Below the pieces are notes generated by a model. The model worked only from the letters and a program-made list of their open reading frames with translations, was not told the origin of the DNA and searched no databases. A stretch of 64,000 nt of DNA from an uncultured Thermococci archaeon. GTDB taxonomy: Archaea; Methanobacteriota_B; Thermococci; Methanofastidiosales; B48-G16. This document shows, piece by piece, positions 10,029 to 19,003 of this stretch. The stretch is from the NCBI GenBank assembly GCA_964595645.1, contig CAZQQT010000004.1, positions 64,001 to 128,000 of the forward strand. Reading direction: 5' to 3'. Position numbers and translations under genes: made by a program. The first letter of the stretch is position 1, and each line of letters starts with the position of its first letter.

Positions 10029-10622
10029 TTATATCTCCTCCATTCTTGTCAGATCTTCATGAATTCTTAATAGTTCATTTATTTCCGATTTTGATTCTAT
10101 TGCGAGATAGGGAATGTGAAATCCCATTGCCAAATGGCTCACACCTTCTTCAACAGCTCTCACTGTATCCCCCTCATGTTCTTTTTCTCGCGCTATACTG
10201 GAGAGGGTATCGAGAGGGATGAGTGTGGGGGTAGCAGTCTCTTCCAGCGGATTCATCTCGTGATCATACACCGTGTCCTTATACACGATTTTTGGAATAT
10301 TTTTCACGAAAATGCCGCCAACATACTGGTAGAGAGGCAATCCGTAAAAGCCAGAGGCCGCTTTCGCGACAGCCAGTGAAAACACGAAACGAACTTCCGG
10401 TTTCTCCGTCACCTCTTCCAATATCGCATCGATAGGCCGCTGTTCAAGGAGACTGAATCCTATCAACTCGGGGAGCACGACATCGACAATATCATCGAGG
10501 GGCTCGTCCGTCACGACACTGCTTTTTCCGTAACTGTTGGTGGAGAATATGTCCACCTCCAACCGATTCTTTCTTTCGTCAGTATATACCTTTCGAATGA
10601 GTACGTCTTCAATTGTTTCCAA
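10029..10622 (-). CDS. Truncated/degenerate enolase-like protein
   Basis: N-terminus IEDVLIRKVY...LEVDI, EQRPIDAIL, SLAVAKAAS..GLPLYQYVGG and C-terminal NELLRIHEDL resemble enolase. It sits in the enolase position before rps2. Confidence 0.75.
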   Translation of the reverse strand: METIEDVLIRKVYTDERKNRLEVDIFSTNSYGKSSVVTDEPLDDIVDVVLPELIGFSLLEQRPIDAILEEVTEKPEVRFVFSLAVAKAASGFYGLPLYQYVGGIFVKNIPKIVYKDTVYDHEMNPLEETATPTLIPLDTLSSIAREKEHEGDTVRAVEEGVSHLAMGFHIPYLAIESKSEINELLRIHEDLTRMEEI

Positions 10623-10671
10623 CCTATCACCTTATTTTATAAGATTCGTATGAAAATGATAGTGGGGCAAG

Positions 10672-10746
10672 TGGGGCCGCCGAGATTTGAACTCGAGTCA
10701 CCAGCGCCCCGGGCTGAAAGGATGGTCCATGCTACCCTACGGCCCC
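10672..10746 (-). tRNA. tRNA-Pro(GGG), atypical C33
   Basis: GGGGCCG/CGGCCCCA acceptor stem; anticodon arm TCAGC-CCGGGGC-GCTGG; T arm TCGAG-TTCAAAT-CTCGG. Confidence 0.92.
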
Positions 10747-10941
10747 TTATACAGTATGTTTCAAGGCATCATCGATGAGCTCCACGTGGGTGAGAATCAT
10801 TCGTCTGCAACAGTACCTCTCCAGTCCTAGATCGTCCAGTACACCCTTTGGAGACTCACCTGCCTCCACGCGCTCTTGATACTTTGCATAGAGGTGCCCT
10901 ATCGGTTTTCCACAGGTAAAACATCGCACAGGTATTATCAT
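10747..10941 (-). CDS. rpoN: RNA polymerase subunit Rpo10 (N)
   Basis: [12 protein letters not shown]...RYCCRRM. Confidence 0.98.
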   Translation of the reverse strand: MIIPVRCFTCGKPIGHLYAKYQERVEAGESPKGVLDDLGLERYCCRRMILTHVELIDDALKHTV

Positions 10942-10945
10942 TCTC

Positions 10946-11353
10946 TCACCTATACGATTTCTGTTTCTTCGCTCTCGGACCTTTGGAAGACGCATTCGGT
11001 TTGTGGGGTTCCGTTCGTCGAATATCCCCCTTCAACATCACTTTATCGTACTCCATATATGCATCCTTGAGAGATGAATCTTGCGTCCATTCCACAAGCG
11101 CTCTGGCAATAGCAGTTCTTGCTGCATCTGCCTGTCCCATCACACCGCCGCCTTCAACAGTCACCTCAATATCTATCTCGTCGGTGACTTCACCGGCCAG
11201 CATCAGGGGCTCCATCATCTTCATTCGTGCCAGATCGGGTTTATAAATGTGGAGAGGTCTTTTATTTACCTTTTTCTTTCCGTCTCCTTCTTTTATCACG
11301 GCCCGAGCTATTGCTCTCTTTCTTTTTCCTGATGATTGAACTATCTTTTCCAT
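10946..11353 (-). CDS. rps9: 30S ribosomal protein S9
   Basis: Motifs [20 protein letters not shown] and QKSYR. Confidence 0.98.
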   Translation of the reverse strand: MEKIVQSSGKRKRAIARAVIKEGDGKKKVNKRPLHIYKPDLARMKMMEPLMLAGEVTDEIDIEVTVEGGGVMGQADAARTAIARALVEWTQDSSLKDAYMEYDKVMLKGDIRRTEPHKPNASSKGPRAKKQKSYR

Positions 11354-11354
11354 G

Positions 11355-11783
11355 TTATCCTCCTAAGTGTGTAGATAATTCTTTTATTGTTATATGTTTA
11401 AAGGATCTCTCTTTATTTAATTTTGCATCCTCTATTATTACTATCTCTTTATCTGCGAGTTCTTTGGGGATTTTCTCGTGTACTCTCAATCGGCTCAGTG
11501 CATCTCTTCCCCGTGGTTTCCTGTAGGGCAGCATACCTCGTACTGCTCGTTTTACAATTCCCTCTGGACTTTTCGGATAATGTGGGCCTCTTCGCGGATT
11601 TGCGAGGTTACTTCTATCCACTCGTTGTTTGTACCGTGCGAAAATGTCCTCTTTCCTTCCTGTGATCACCATCGTTCCTGCATTGACGATGGTAACACGT
11701 TCTCCGTCCAATAGTTTCTTGGCTGTCACAGAGGCAGTTCTTCCCAAAACTAGGTTTTTTCCATCTACAATCATATGAATCAC
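11355..11783 (-). CDS. rpl13: 50S ribosomal protein L13
   Basis: Motifs [15 protein letters not shown] and VRGMLP. Confidence 0.97.
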   Translation of the reverse strand: MIHMIVDGKNLVLGRTASVTAKKLLDGERVTIVNAGTMVITGRKEDIFARYKQRVDRSNLANPRRGPHYPKSPEGIVKRAVRGMLPYRKPRGRDALSRLRVHEKIPKELADKEIVIIEDAKLNKERSFKHITIKELSTHLGG

Positions 11784-12142
11784 TCCATTATCCGTACATT
11801 CTCTCCCTGAGGATTTCGTTCTACGAGCTCCTCGATAGTAATCGCCTCTCCTCCGTTCTTTGTGATCTCATTGTACGCCTTCTTTGAGAATTTCAATGCA
11901 GAGACCGTCACACTGTGATCCAATCGTCCGGCACCAAGAACTTTGCCCGGCACCACCACGGTCTCCCCTTCCTCAGTGTATTTCTCAAGTTTCCAGAGAT
12001 TCAACTCTGCCATTCTCCTTGTAGGTCTGCGTAATCTCTCAGAAATTTCTACCCAAAGACTCACATCGTCATCATAGCCTTTCTTCCGTAGATCATCCAC
12101 GAGTCGTATCAATCGTGGGTTTGTTTTTCTCAGTTTTTTCAT
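11780..12142 (-). CDS. rpl18e: 50S ribosomal protein L18e
   Basis: KTNPRL and VVVPGKVLGAG motifs; AGGTGA Shine-Dalgarno site before the ATG. Confidence 0.97.
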   Translation of the reverse strand: MKKLRKTNPRLIRLVDDLRKKGYDDDVSLWVEISERLRRPTRRMAELNLWKLEKYTEEGETVVVPGKVLGAGRLDHSVTVSALKFSKKAYNEITKNGGEAITIEELVERNPQGENVRIME

Positions 12143-12151
12143 GTTATTCAC

Positions 12152-12221
12152 CTTTGAACTCAGCGCATTTTCTGCTCGCTCAAAGCATCGCTGACACGTT
12201 TCTTATAGAAGCCTTTATAAA
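12152..12221 (-). promoter_or_regulatory. TATA box and structured 5' leader of the rpl18e operon
   Basis: TTTATAAA at 12221-12214; two crossing complementary pairs in 12152-12194. Confidence 0.55.
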
Positions 12222-12265
12222 GATTGTGGTGATGGTCTAAAACTATCTCAGTAAAAATTGAAATT

Positions 12266-13438
12266 TTATGGCCCTATCTCCCCTTCTTCCTCTATTTTTC
12301 TGACCAATGCCTTAAAAGCTTCTATTACTCCTGTTCCCTGTAGTGCATCTGCGGGGAACACTTCTGTTGATTGGGGCAAATTCATTCTCTCTTTTATCTC
12401 TTCAACACTGAGTGCATTTTGTATATCCTGTTTATTTGCAACGATGATGAGTGGAAGTCCTTTTGCCCTTGTTTTTTCAAGCATGGACTTTGCACGGGGG
12501 AACGAGTTAGGTTTTGTCGAATCTACGAGGAGAAAGATGCCCATTGCTTTGTCCGCGATGAAGTTAAGTATGGGATCGAATCGAGCTTGACCGGGGGTGC
12601 CAAAAATATCCGCTGAGATGTCCTCGTGTTCTATATGTCCGTGATCGAGAGCAATTGTTGTCCCCATTCTATCAACGGAGACAGACTGCGTTGAAAGTGC
12701 ACGGACGAACGTAGATTTTCCTGCATTGAAGGGGCCGGTAACAAGCAGTTTCGGGATAAAGGCCTTTATTCCACCCGGCCTATCAATTTTGAACATTAAA
12801 TTTCCCTTCGTCTTTTCCCGCCAGTCAACCTTTATTACCCCATAATACTGACCCATCACCACGCGTTCACCTACACCACCAACCTTTACAATGGCATTTA
12901 TTGCCTCGTGCAGCATTTTTTTTGTCTCTTCTGAGTACGGCCAGTTTGTAAAGTTATAGATACCCACAGATTCATGCTCAGCGAAGAGTTCGTTCCATTT
13001 TTTTATATGGCTTGCTGCCTCTTCTCCACAGAGATCGAGAATGGATGAGAGTGAGCCGAGTGTTACTGTTGTACCTGACTCTTCCAGTATTTCCTCGATG
13101 ATATCATCGTACGAGACAATATCGCTTGGTTCTTCAATGACATAGGGGGCACTGCTTTTGCACCCCATGAGGGAAGAGTACGCATCCACTATCGCAAAGT
13201 TATCCATATATTTGGACAGATCCCATCCATACTCCTTGAAATTTTCTTTTACAATCTCGGGATCGGACCGTGTTGTGATCAATACTGCTTTTTTTCCATT
13301 TTTTAGGTTATGATAGAGGCTCTGCATCCCGAATATCTCTCCCTCTACCTCAGGTTGAATGAGATACATGAGACTTTTTCCTTCGGGTATACCGCCCCCA
13401 AGAAAGTTATCCAACCGTGGTATGCCTGAATTTATCAC
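12266..13438 (-). CDS. Degenerate KaiC/RecA-like domain fused to small GTPase (MglA/ARF-like)
   Basis: N-terminal SGIPRLDNFLGGGIP with decayed Walker A (QPEVEGEI). C-terminal GPFNAGKST, T..DHG, GTPGQARF and NKQD. Confidence 0.85.
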   Translation of the reverse strand: MINSGIPRLDNFLGGGIPEGKSLMYLIQPEVEGEIFGMQSLYHNLKNGKKAVLITTRSDPEIVKENFKEYGWDLSKYMDNFAIVDAYSSLMGCKSSAPYVIEEPSDIVSYDDIIEEILEESGTTVTLGSLSSILDLCGEEAASHIKKWNELFAEHESVGIYNFTNWPYSEETKKMLHEAINAIVKVGGVGERVVMGQYYGVIKVDWREKTKGNLMFKIDRPGGIKAFIPKLLVTGPFNAGKSTFVRALSTQSVSVDRMGTTIALDHGHIEHEDISADIFGTPGQARFDPILNFIADKAMGIFLLVDSTKPNSFPRAKSMLEKTRAKGLPLIIVANKQDIQNALSVEEIKERMNLPQSTEVFPADALQGTGVIEAFKALVRKIEEEGEIGP

Positions 13439-14094
13439 TACGTCTCCCCCACACGAAGTTCTCCATTTTCTATTTTGAACGTAACTTCTTTGTTTATTCC
13501 AAAGCCTCTAAAAAGCATTTTGTTCTCTTTTATTTCCGTGATGACATCCATTAATTGATTAATAGATTTTGTTTCAACATCTTCTGGCGTTTCCTCCAAA
13601 GTAAATATTCCGTATCCATCCAGTTTCTTTATTCTGCCGGTGAGTATATGAAGGAATCTGAATACTGTTTGCGCATTTGAATACATTAAAATTGTAGAGA
13701 GTGAATCGATAACTATCCGTATGTCCTCGTAATTCTTTACATTCCAAAGCTTTTCTAAAAGATTGCTGTATTTTACAGAAATACCAGTGAGATCTACAGA
13801 GCTCGAAACATATTTTATCCATTCACTATCTTTAATATCTGTTTCCATCCTCAAACTCTTCGAAATGCAGTCAACAACACCCAGTCCTTTTGTCTCTATT
13901 CTTTCAGAAAACCACTGCTGAATCTTTTCTCCGCTGTCCTTTGTCGAAATATAAATGATAGCCTCATCTCGTTCTAGAGCATCTAAACAGAGATATTTTG
14001 TGATCGTTGAGATTCCAGAAAGAGTAGATCCAGAAAGAAGAACAATGCTTCCTTTCGGAACATCGAGATCAAGATCAGTGTAAAACATTGTCAT
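13438..14094 (-). CDS. Inactivated KaiC/RecA-superfamily ATPase-like protein
   Basis: SGSTLSGIST (Walker A Lys lost), GVVDC, DLTGI and IVIDSLSTIL. Confidence 0.8.
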   Translation of the reverse strand: MTMFYTDLDLDVPKGSIVLLSGSTLSGISTITKYLCLDALERDEAIIYISTKDSGEKIQQWFSERIETKGLGVVDCISKSLRMETDIKDSEWIKYVSSSVDLTGISVKYSNLLEKLWNVKNYEDIRIVIDSLSTILMYSNAQTVFRFLHILTGRIKKLDGYGIFTLEETPEDVETKSINQLMDVITEIKENKMLFRGFGINKEVTFKIENGELRVGET

Positions 14095-14123
14095 ATATTC
14101 TACACCGTTGTTTAAAAATCTTT

Positions 14124-14747
14124 CTACAGATTTCCATCAATTTCTTTTTCCAATCTACGAAAAAAGGCCTCCATGTACTTGTATCTTTCTTTTGCTATCC
14201 TTTTACCTTCTTCTGTCATGAGCCGTCTTTTTATTTTGGAGAGTTTAGCATTGTACTCGAGTACTGGCGTATGATTTCTGTGATCGATCTTCTTTGAGAC
14301 GGTAGTATCTTTATCGGAAAAATCCTTTTTTCGATAGAGTTTCTGTCCATTTTCTCCACCGAAGGAATACGCTCTGCATATTCCTATGGCACCAATGGCA
14401 TCGAGCTTATCTGCATCGTAGAGAATCTTCGCCTCGAGAGTTTGTGGCTCCGCGGAGGTACGATATCTGTGTGTTTTTATACAGTGGATCACACGTTTCT
14501 TTATACCTTCATCGAAACCGTGCTGATCCATTATTTCCTTAGCCATCTCGGTACTGTGGATTTCATGATTTTCGTCTCCCTTTTTCCTCCCAATATCATG
14601 AAGCAACGCCGCAAGTCTAAGTACACGAAGATCAGCACCCATCTTTTTTCCTATCTTCATGCAGAGCGCGTAGACCCTCTCAACATGTAAAAAGTCATGG
14701 GTTGGCGATGCACACTGAAAGTATTTCTTCACTTCCTCTTCGATCAT
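14124..14747 (-). CDS. HD-domain phosphohydrolase
   Basis: Motifs HDFLHVERV, ALLHDIGR and DADKLDAIGA. Confidence 0.93.
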   Translation of the reverse strand: MIEEEVKKYFQCASPTHDFLHVERVYALCMKIGKKMGADLRVLRLAALLHDIGRKKGDENHEIHSTEMAKEIMDQHGFDEGIKKRVIHCIKTHRYRTSAEPQTLEAKILYDADKLDAIGAIGICRAYSFGGENGQKLYRKKDFSDKDTTVSKKIDHRNHTPVLEYNAKLSKIKRRLMTEEGKRIAKERYKYMEAFFRRLEKEIDGNL

Positions 14748-14797
14748 GGATTCCTACCTGGGGTATCTTTTTTAATGCCCTCCTCATGATATATACC

Positions 14798-15550
14798 ATG
14801 GTTAAAATAACTTTCTTCGGTAGCGGTGGAGGGAGATACATCTGTGTAAACCAACGAAGGGCTACCGGGGGGTTTACTATCGGCAACTATCATGTTGATC
14901 CAGGACCCGGAGCCCTCATACACCTTCTTAGCAAGGGTATCGATCCAAAAGAACTCGAAGGTGTACTTGTGTCACACAAACATATCGATCACTGCAACGA
15001 CGCCGCACTAATGGTAGAAGCGCTTACCAACAGTTTGAATGAAGAAAAAGGTATCTTTATTGGATCCAAAAATTGTACGGATCTACTGTATTCAAAAGAA
15101 AAAGAAACGCTGGATGAAATACATTACGTAGAAAAAGGTGAGAAACTCACACTGAAAGACATGAACCTTGACGTGTTAGAGACCAAACACTCAGAGGAGA
15201 CAGGAGTTGGGTTCAAGTTCCACACACCAGTGGGGGATATCTCCTACACCTCAGATACTGAGTACTTCTCAGGACTACGATCACATAAAGGGACCAGAGT
15301 TCTCATTCTTAATGTTACACGACCGAGGAGCTCGAGTATTCCATTTCATCTCTCCACAGAGGATGCCGTAGAGCTCATCTCTATAGTTGAACCTGAACTT
15401 GCAGTGATGACCCATCTCGGGATGAAGATGCATTTTGTAGCAGAGAAGGAGAGAAAATTTATAGAACAGAAAACAAGTACCAAAACAATTATAAGCAAAC
15501 TCGGTACAGTAGTGACGATGGAAGGGAGTATTTCAGTAGAAAAGATTTAG
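14798..15550 (+). CDS. MBL-fold metallo-hydrolase
   Basis: Motifs GSGGGR, VDPGPG, SHKHIDH, SDT and THLG. Confidence 0.9.
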   Translation: MVKITFFGSGGGRYICVNQRRATGGFTIGNYHVDPGPGALIHLLSKGIDPKELEGVLVSHKHIDHCNDAALMVEALTNSLNEEKGIFIGSKNCTDLLYSKEKETLDEIHYVEKGEKLTLKDMNLDVLETKHSEETGVGFKFHTPVGDISYTSDTEYFSGLRSHKGTRVLILNVTRPRSSSIPFHLSTEDAVELISIVEPELAVMTHLGMKMHFVAEKERKFIEQKTSTKTIISKLGTVVTMEGSISVEKI

Positions 15551-15557
15551 AGAAGGT

Positions 15558-18146
15558 GTGAAAATGCTCGGTGAGTATAATCCAGAAGAACTTGAAGAAC
15601 GAATTCAGAATTTCTGGGAAGAGAATGAGATCTATCGATACAATCCAAAGAGCGAAACCCCTATTTTTTCCATAGATACACCTCCTCCCACATTCTCGGG
15701 CGAAATTCATGTGGGACATGCTATGAGCTACTCCCAAGCAGAGTTTATTGCCCGATACAAACGGATGAGAGGATACGAAATTTTCTATCCTATGGGATTT
15801 GACGACAACGGACTACCCACCGAACGGCTGGTGGAACAAAAGTATAATGTTGATATTAAAGAGATAGGACGAGAGAAGTTCGTTGAGCTCTGCTTGAAAG
15901 AAACGAAGAAGGGTGCAAAAAAATACAGAAACATCTGGACAAAACTTGGTATCTCTGTGGACTGGAACCTCTCATATTCAACTATCAACGAGTATTGCCG
16001 AAGATTGGCACAGATATCCTTTATTGATCTCTATGAGAAGGAGAGACTGGAGAGAAAAAAAGAGCCCGTCACCTGGTGCCCCCAATGCGAAACGGCAATC
16101 GCACAGGCAGAACTGGAAGATAAAGAGGAAGAAACGTTCCTCAGCACAATTATTTTCAAAACAGAAGATGGAAAAGATCTCCATATCGCCACAACACGGC
16201 CTGAACTCCTCCCGTCATGTGTGGGGATCGCTGTACACCCACAAGATGAACGGTACCAGGACCTCGTGGGTAAATCCGCCATTACCCCGCTATTTGGAAA
16301 TAGGGTAACAATACTAGCGGACAGACAGGTGGACAGAGAGTTTGGAACAGGAATTGTGATGATCTGTACCTTCGGTGATAAAACAGATATCGAGTGGTGG
16401 AAGGACTATAATCTCGATCTTATCATTTCTATCAACAGAAACGGTACTCTCAACGATCGAGCAGGAAAATATGAAGGAATGGAATTGAAAGAGGCACGAG
16501 AAGCTATATTAAAGGAACTTCAAGATAAAAATCTCTTAAAAAAACAGAAAAAGCTCTCTCACGCGCTGAACGCCCATGAACGATGCGGTACTCCTATAGA
16601 GTATCTGATAGAAGATCAGTGGTTTGTGAAGGTGCTCGATATGAAGGATGCCTGGATAGGCCAGGCGGACAAAATGGACTGGTACCCATCCTTCATGAAA
16701 AAACGATATATTTCTTGGGTGGAAAATCTGAAATGGGACTGGTGCATCTCGCGGCAACGGTACTACGGCGTACCGTTCCCTGTCTGGTACTGTAAAGACT
16801 GCGGACAGGTAGTACTCCCTGAGAAAGAGGAGCTACCCGTGGATCCGCTGAAGGACAAACCTGGTCATCCCTGTAAGTGCGGCTGTACAGATTTCATTCC
16901 GGAGGAAGATGTCATGGACACGTGGTTCACCTCCTCACTCACTCCTCAGATAATCGCAAGATGGGAGTCCAATAATTCGCTGATAGATGAGGTGTACCCG
17001 AACTCACTGAGACCGCAGGCCCATGATATCATTAGAACGTGGCTGTTCTACACCGTGGTTAAAAGTTACCTCCACAATAACAGTATCCCATGGCATAATA
17101 TCATGCTCTCAGGGTTTGGACTGGATGAGGAAGGAAAGGCCATGCACAGCTCTAAGGGAAATGTGATTCTTCCATTAGATGTAATAGAGCGGTACTCGGC
17201 GGATGCGCTGCGGTGGTGGGCATCCTCTGCAAAACTCGGAGACGATCTGCCCTACAAAGAAAAGGATATTCTCGCCGGACACCGCCTCTGTATCAAGCTC
17301 TGGAACGCTGCGAAGTTGATTTCGTCGCATCTCGATGAGAAGGTGGCGTCTGCCGAGCCCCGGGAGATAGATAGATGGATTCTGGGAAACCTCGATGAAC
17401 TTATAAAAAAAACCACTGAGTATCTAGAAGAGTACGAGTATAGTAAGGCAAAGACGCTGATTGAGAGCTCCTTCTGGCACGAATTCTGCGATAATTATCT
17501 GGAAATTGCAAAGTATCGGCTCTACCAAGAAGAAGATCCAGCGGTGAAGTACACAATGTACCATGCACTGTTAACCTATCTACAGCTGTTTGCCATCTAC
17601 ATCCCCCATATCACTGAGGAACTCTACCAAAAAATATTTAGGGAGTTCGAGGAGACGAAATCGATCCATCTCACTTCCTGGCCCGAGCCGCGCGGAATGG
17701 AGAAAAGTCCCCTCGGTGAGACCTGTGTCTCCATCGTCTCATCGCTCAGAAAATGGAAGAGCGATAACGGCATCGCACTGAACACTGAAATGGACGAAGT
17801 GACCATTTTCTCCTCAATGAACCTCAATCCGATAAAGGAGGATATCGCACAGGCAATGAATATCCAGAACCTCACACTGAAGAAGGGAACACCAGAAATA
17901 GAGAAAAAAATTCTCTCTGTCGTACCAAACTACGAGATTATCGGTCCAAAGTTTGGAGAAAAAACAGAAGAAGTGGTCAAAAGACTTCAGGACCCAGAGG
18001 TCGTGAGAAAGATAGAGAATGGCGAGACGGTGACAGAGCACGAACTCTCGAAGAAACACATCTCCCGGGTGGAAAAGGAGTACAGAGCTGAAGGTAGAAA
18101 GGTGGACATACTCACTGGAAAGAACTACGTCATAGAGGTATTCTAA
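15558..18146 (+). CDS. valS: Valyl-tRNA synthetase
   Basis: IDTPPP..SG.IHVGH, WDWCISRQR and QAHDII motifs. The KMSKS position reads AMHSS. Confidence 0.97.
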   Translation: MKMLGEYNPEELEERIQNFWEENEIYRYNPKSETPIFSIDTPPPTFSGEIHVGHAMSYSQAEFIARYKRMRGYEIFYPMGFDDNGLPTERLVEQKYNVDIKEIGREKFVELCLKETKKGAKKYRNIWTKLGISVDWNLSYSTINEYCRRLAQISFIDLYEKERLERKKEPVTWCPQCETAIAQAELEDKEEETFLSTIIFKTEDGKDLHIATTRPELLPSCVGIAVHPQDERYQDLVGKSAITPLFGNRVTILADRQVDREFGTGIVMICTFGDKTDIEWWKDYNLDLIISINRNGTLNDRAGKYEGMELKEAREAILKELQDKNLLKKQKKLSHALNAHERCGTPIEYLIEDQWFVKVLDMKDAWIGQADKMDWYPSFMKKRYISWVENLKWDWCISRQRYYGVPFPVWYCKDCGQVVLPEKEELPVDPLKDKPGHPCKCGCTDFIPEEDVMDTWFTSSLTPQIIARWESNNSLIDEVYPNSLRPQAHDIIRTWLFYTVVKSYLHNNSIPWHNIMLSGFGLDEEGKAMHSSKGNVILPLDVIERYSADALRWWASSAKLGDDLPYKEKDILAGHRLCIKLWNAAKLISSHLDEKVASAEPREIDRWILGNLDELIKKTTEYLEEYEYSKAKTLIESSFWHEFCDNYLEIAKYRLYQEEDPAVKYTMYHALLTYLQLFAIYIPHITEELYQKIFREFEETKSIHLTSWPEPRGMEKSPLGETCVSIVSSLRKWKSDNGIALNTEMDEVTIFSSMNLNPIKEDIAQAMNIQNLTLKKGTPEIEKKILSVVPNYEIIGPKFGEKTEEVVKRLQDPEVVRKIENGETVTEHELSKKHISRVEKEYRAEGRKVDILTGKNYVIEVF

Positions 18147-19003
18147 ATCCTGGCACCGTACTGCTGGATGACACGCGCTGCTGTACTGTTGCCGAGTTCA
18201 CAGCACTCCCTCATCAATTTTTCTTCTAGAAGACCTGCCAGAAATCCGGCGTTAAAGGCATCTCCAGCTCCCGTTGTATCCTTCACCGTGACTATCTCTG
18301 TGGGAACGTTCATCTCTTCTTCTTTTGTCCTCAGATAGCACCCCTCCTTTCCCATCGTCACCACGACGATCTCGCAGCCTAGATTCAGCAGTTTCTCGGC
18401 GGCCTGTGGATACCTGAGACCTGTCATCATCTCTATTTCTTCCTTCGTGGGAAATACAGCGTAAGCTCTCTCAACTATCTCCCTTAGGGCTTCCAGCCCC
18501 ATGGAGCTGTACATATGTCCCGGATCAAATGTTATCCGACAGTTGATCTCTTTTACCAGCTCTTTCTGTGCCTCGAAGGACAACGAAGACTGTGAACAAG
18601 CAAAGGATGTGAGATGAAGATACGTGCAGTGAAGATACGCGAGATCGATCTCCTCTATTTCGATGAAATCGTTTACCCCTGGATTTACCACAATAGCTCT
18701 GTCTCCATTGGCTGTCACGAGGATATACGCGACGCCTGTCGTTCCTTCTTCTTTGATGATCCCTCGTGTATCTACCTCACCAAAGCTGTTGAGAAGGTAC
18801 GCTCCTTCTGGATCATCCCCTACTTTTCCAATGTAGCCACCGGTGAAGCCCATGGTGGTGAGATCGTAGACGGTATTAGCTGCGGAGCCTCCTGCCCTCG
18901 TCTCCTCTTTTTGTACATGCGCTCCCTGATCGGCCTTGGGAATTTTGTCCACGATGAAAATTTTGTCGACGTTCAGAGCGCCAAATCCCACAACATCGAA
19001 CAT
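18143..19003 (-). CDS. PfkB-family carbohydrate/nucleoside kinase
   Basis: Motifs GGSAAN and DTTGAGDAF. Confidence 0.93.
   Translation of the reverse strand: MFDVVGFGALNVDKIFIVDKIPKADQGAHVQKEETRAGGSAANTVYDLTTMGFTGGYIGKVGDDPEGAYLLNSFGEVDTRGIIKEEGTTGVAYILVTANGDRAIVVNPGVNDFIEIEEIDLAYLHCTYLHLTSFACSQSSLSFEAQKELVKEINCRITFDPGHMYSSMGLEALREIVERAYAVFPTKEEIEMMTGLRYPQAAEKLLNLGCEIVVVTMGKEGCYLRTKEEEMNVPTEIVTVKDTTGAGDAFNAGFLAGLLEEKLMRECCELGNSTAARVIQQYGARI

Noticed and set aside
10661-10679. GCCCCACT duplication after tRNA-Pro as an att site
   Set aside because: Only 8 bp, directly adjacent, with no integrase or cargo.
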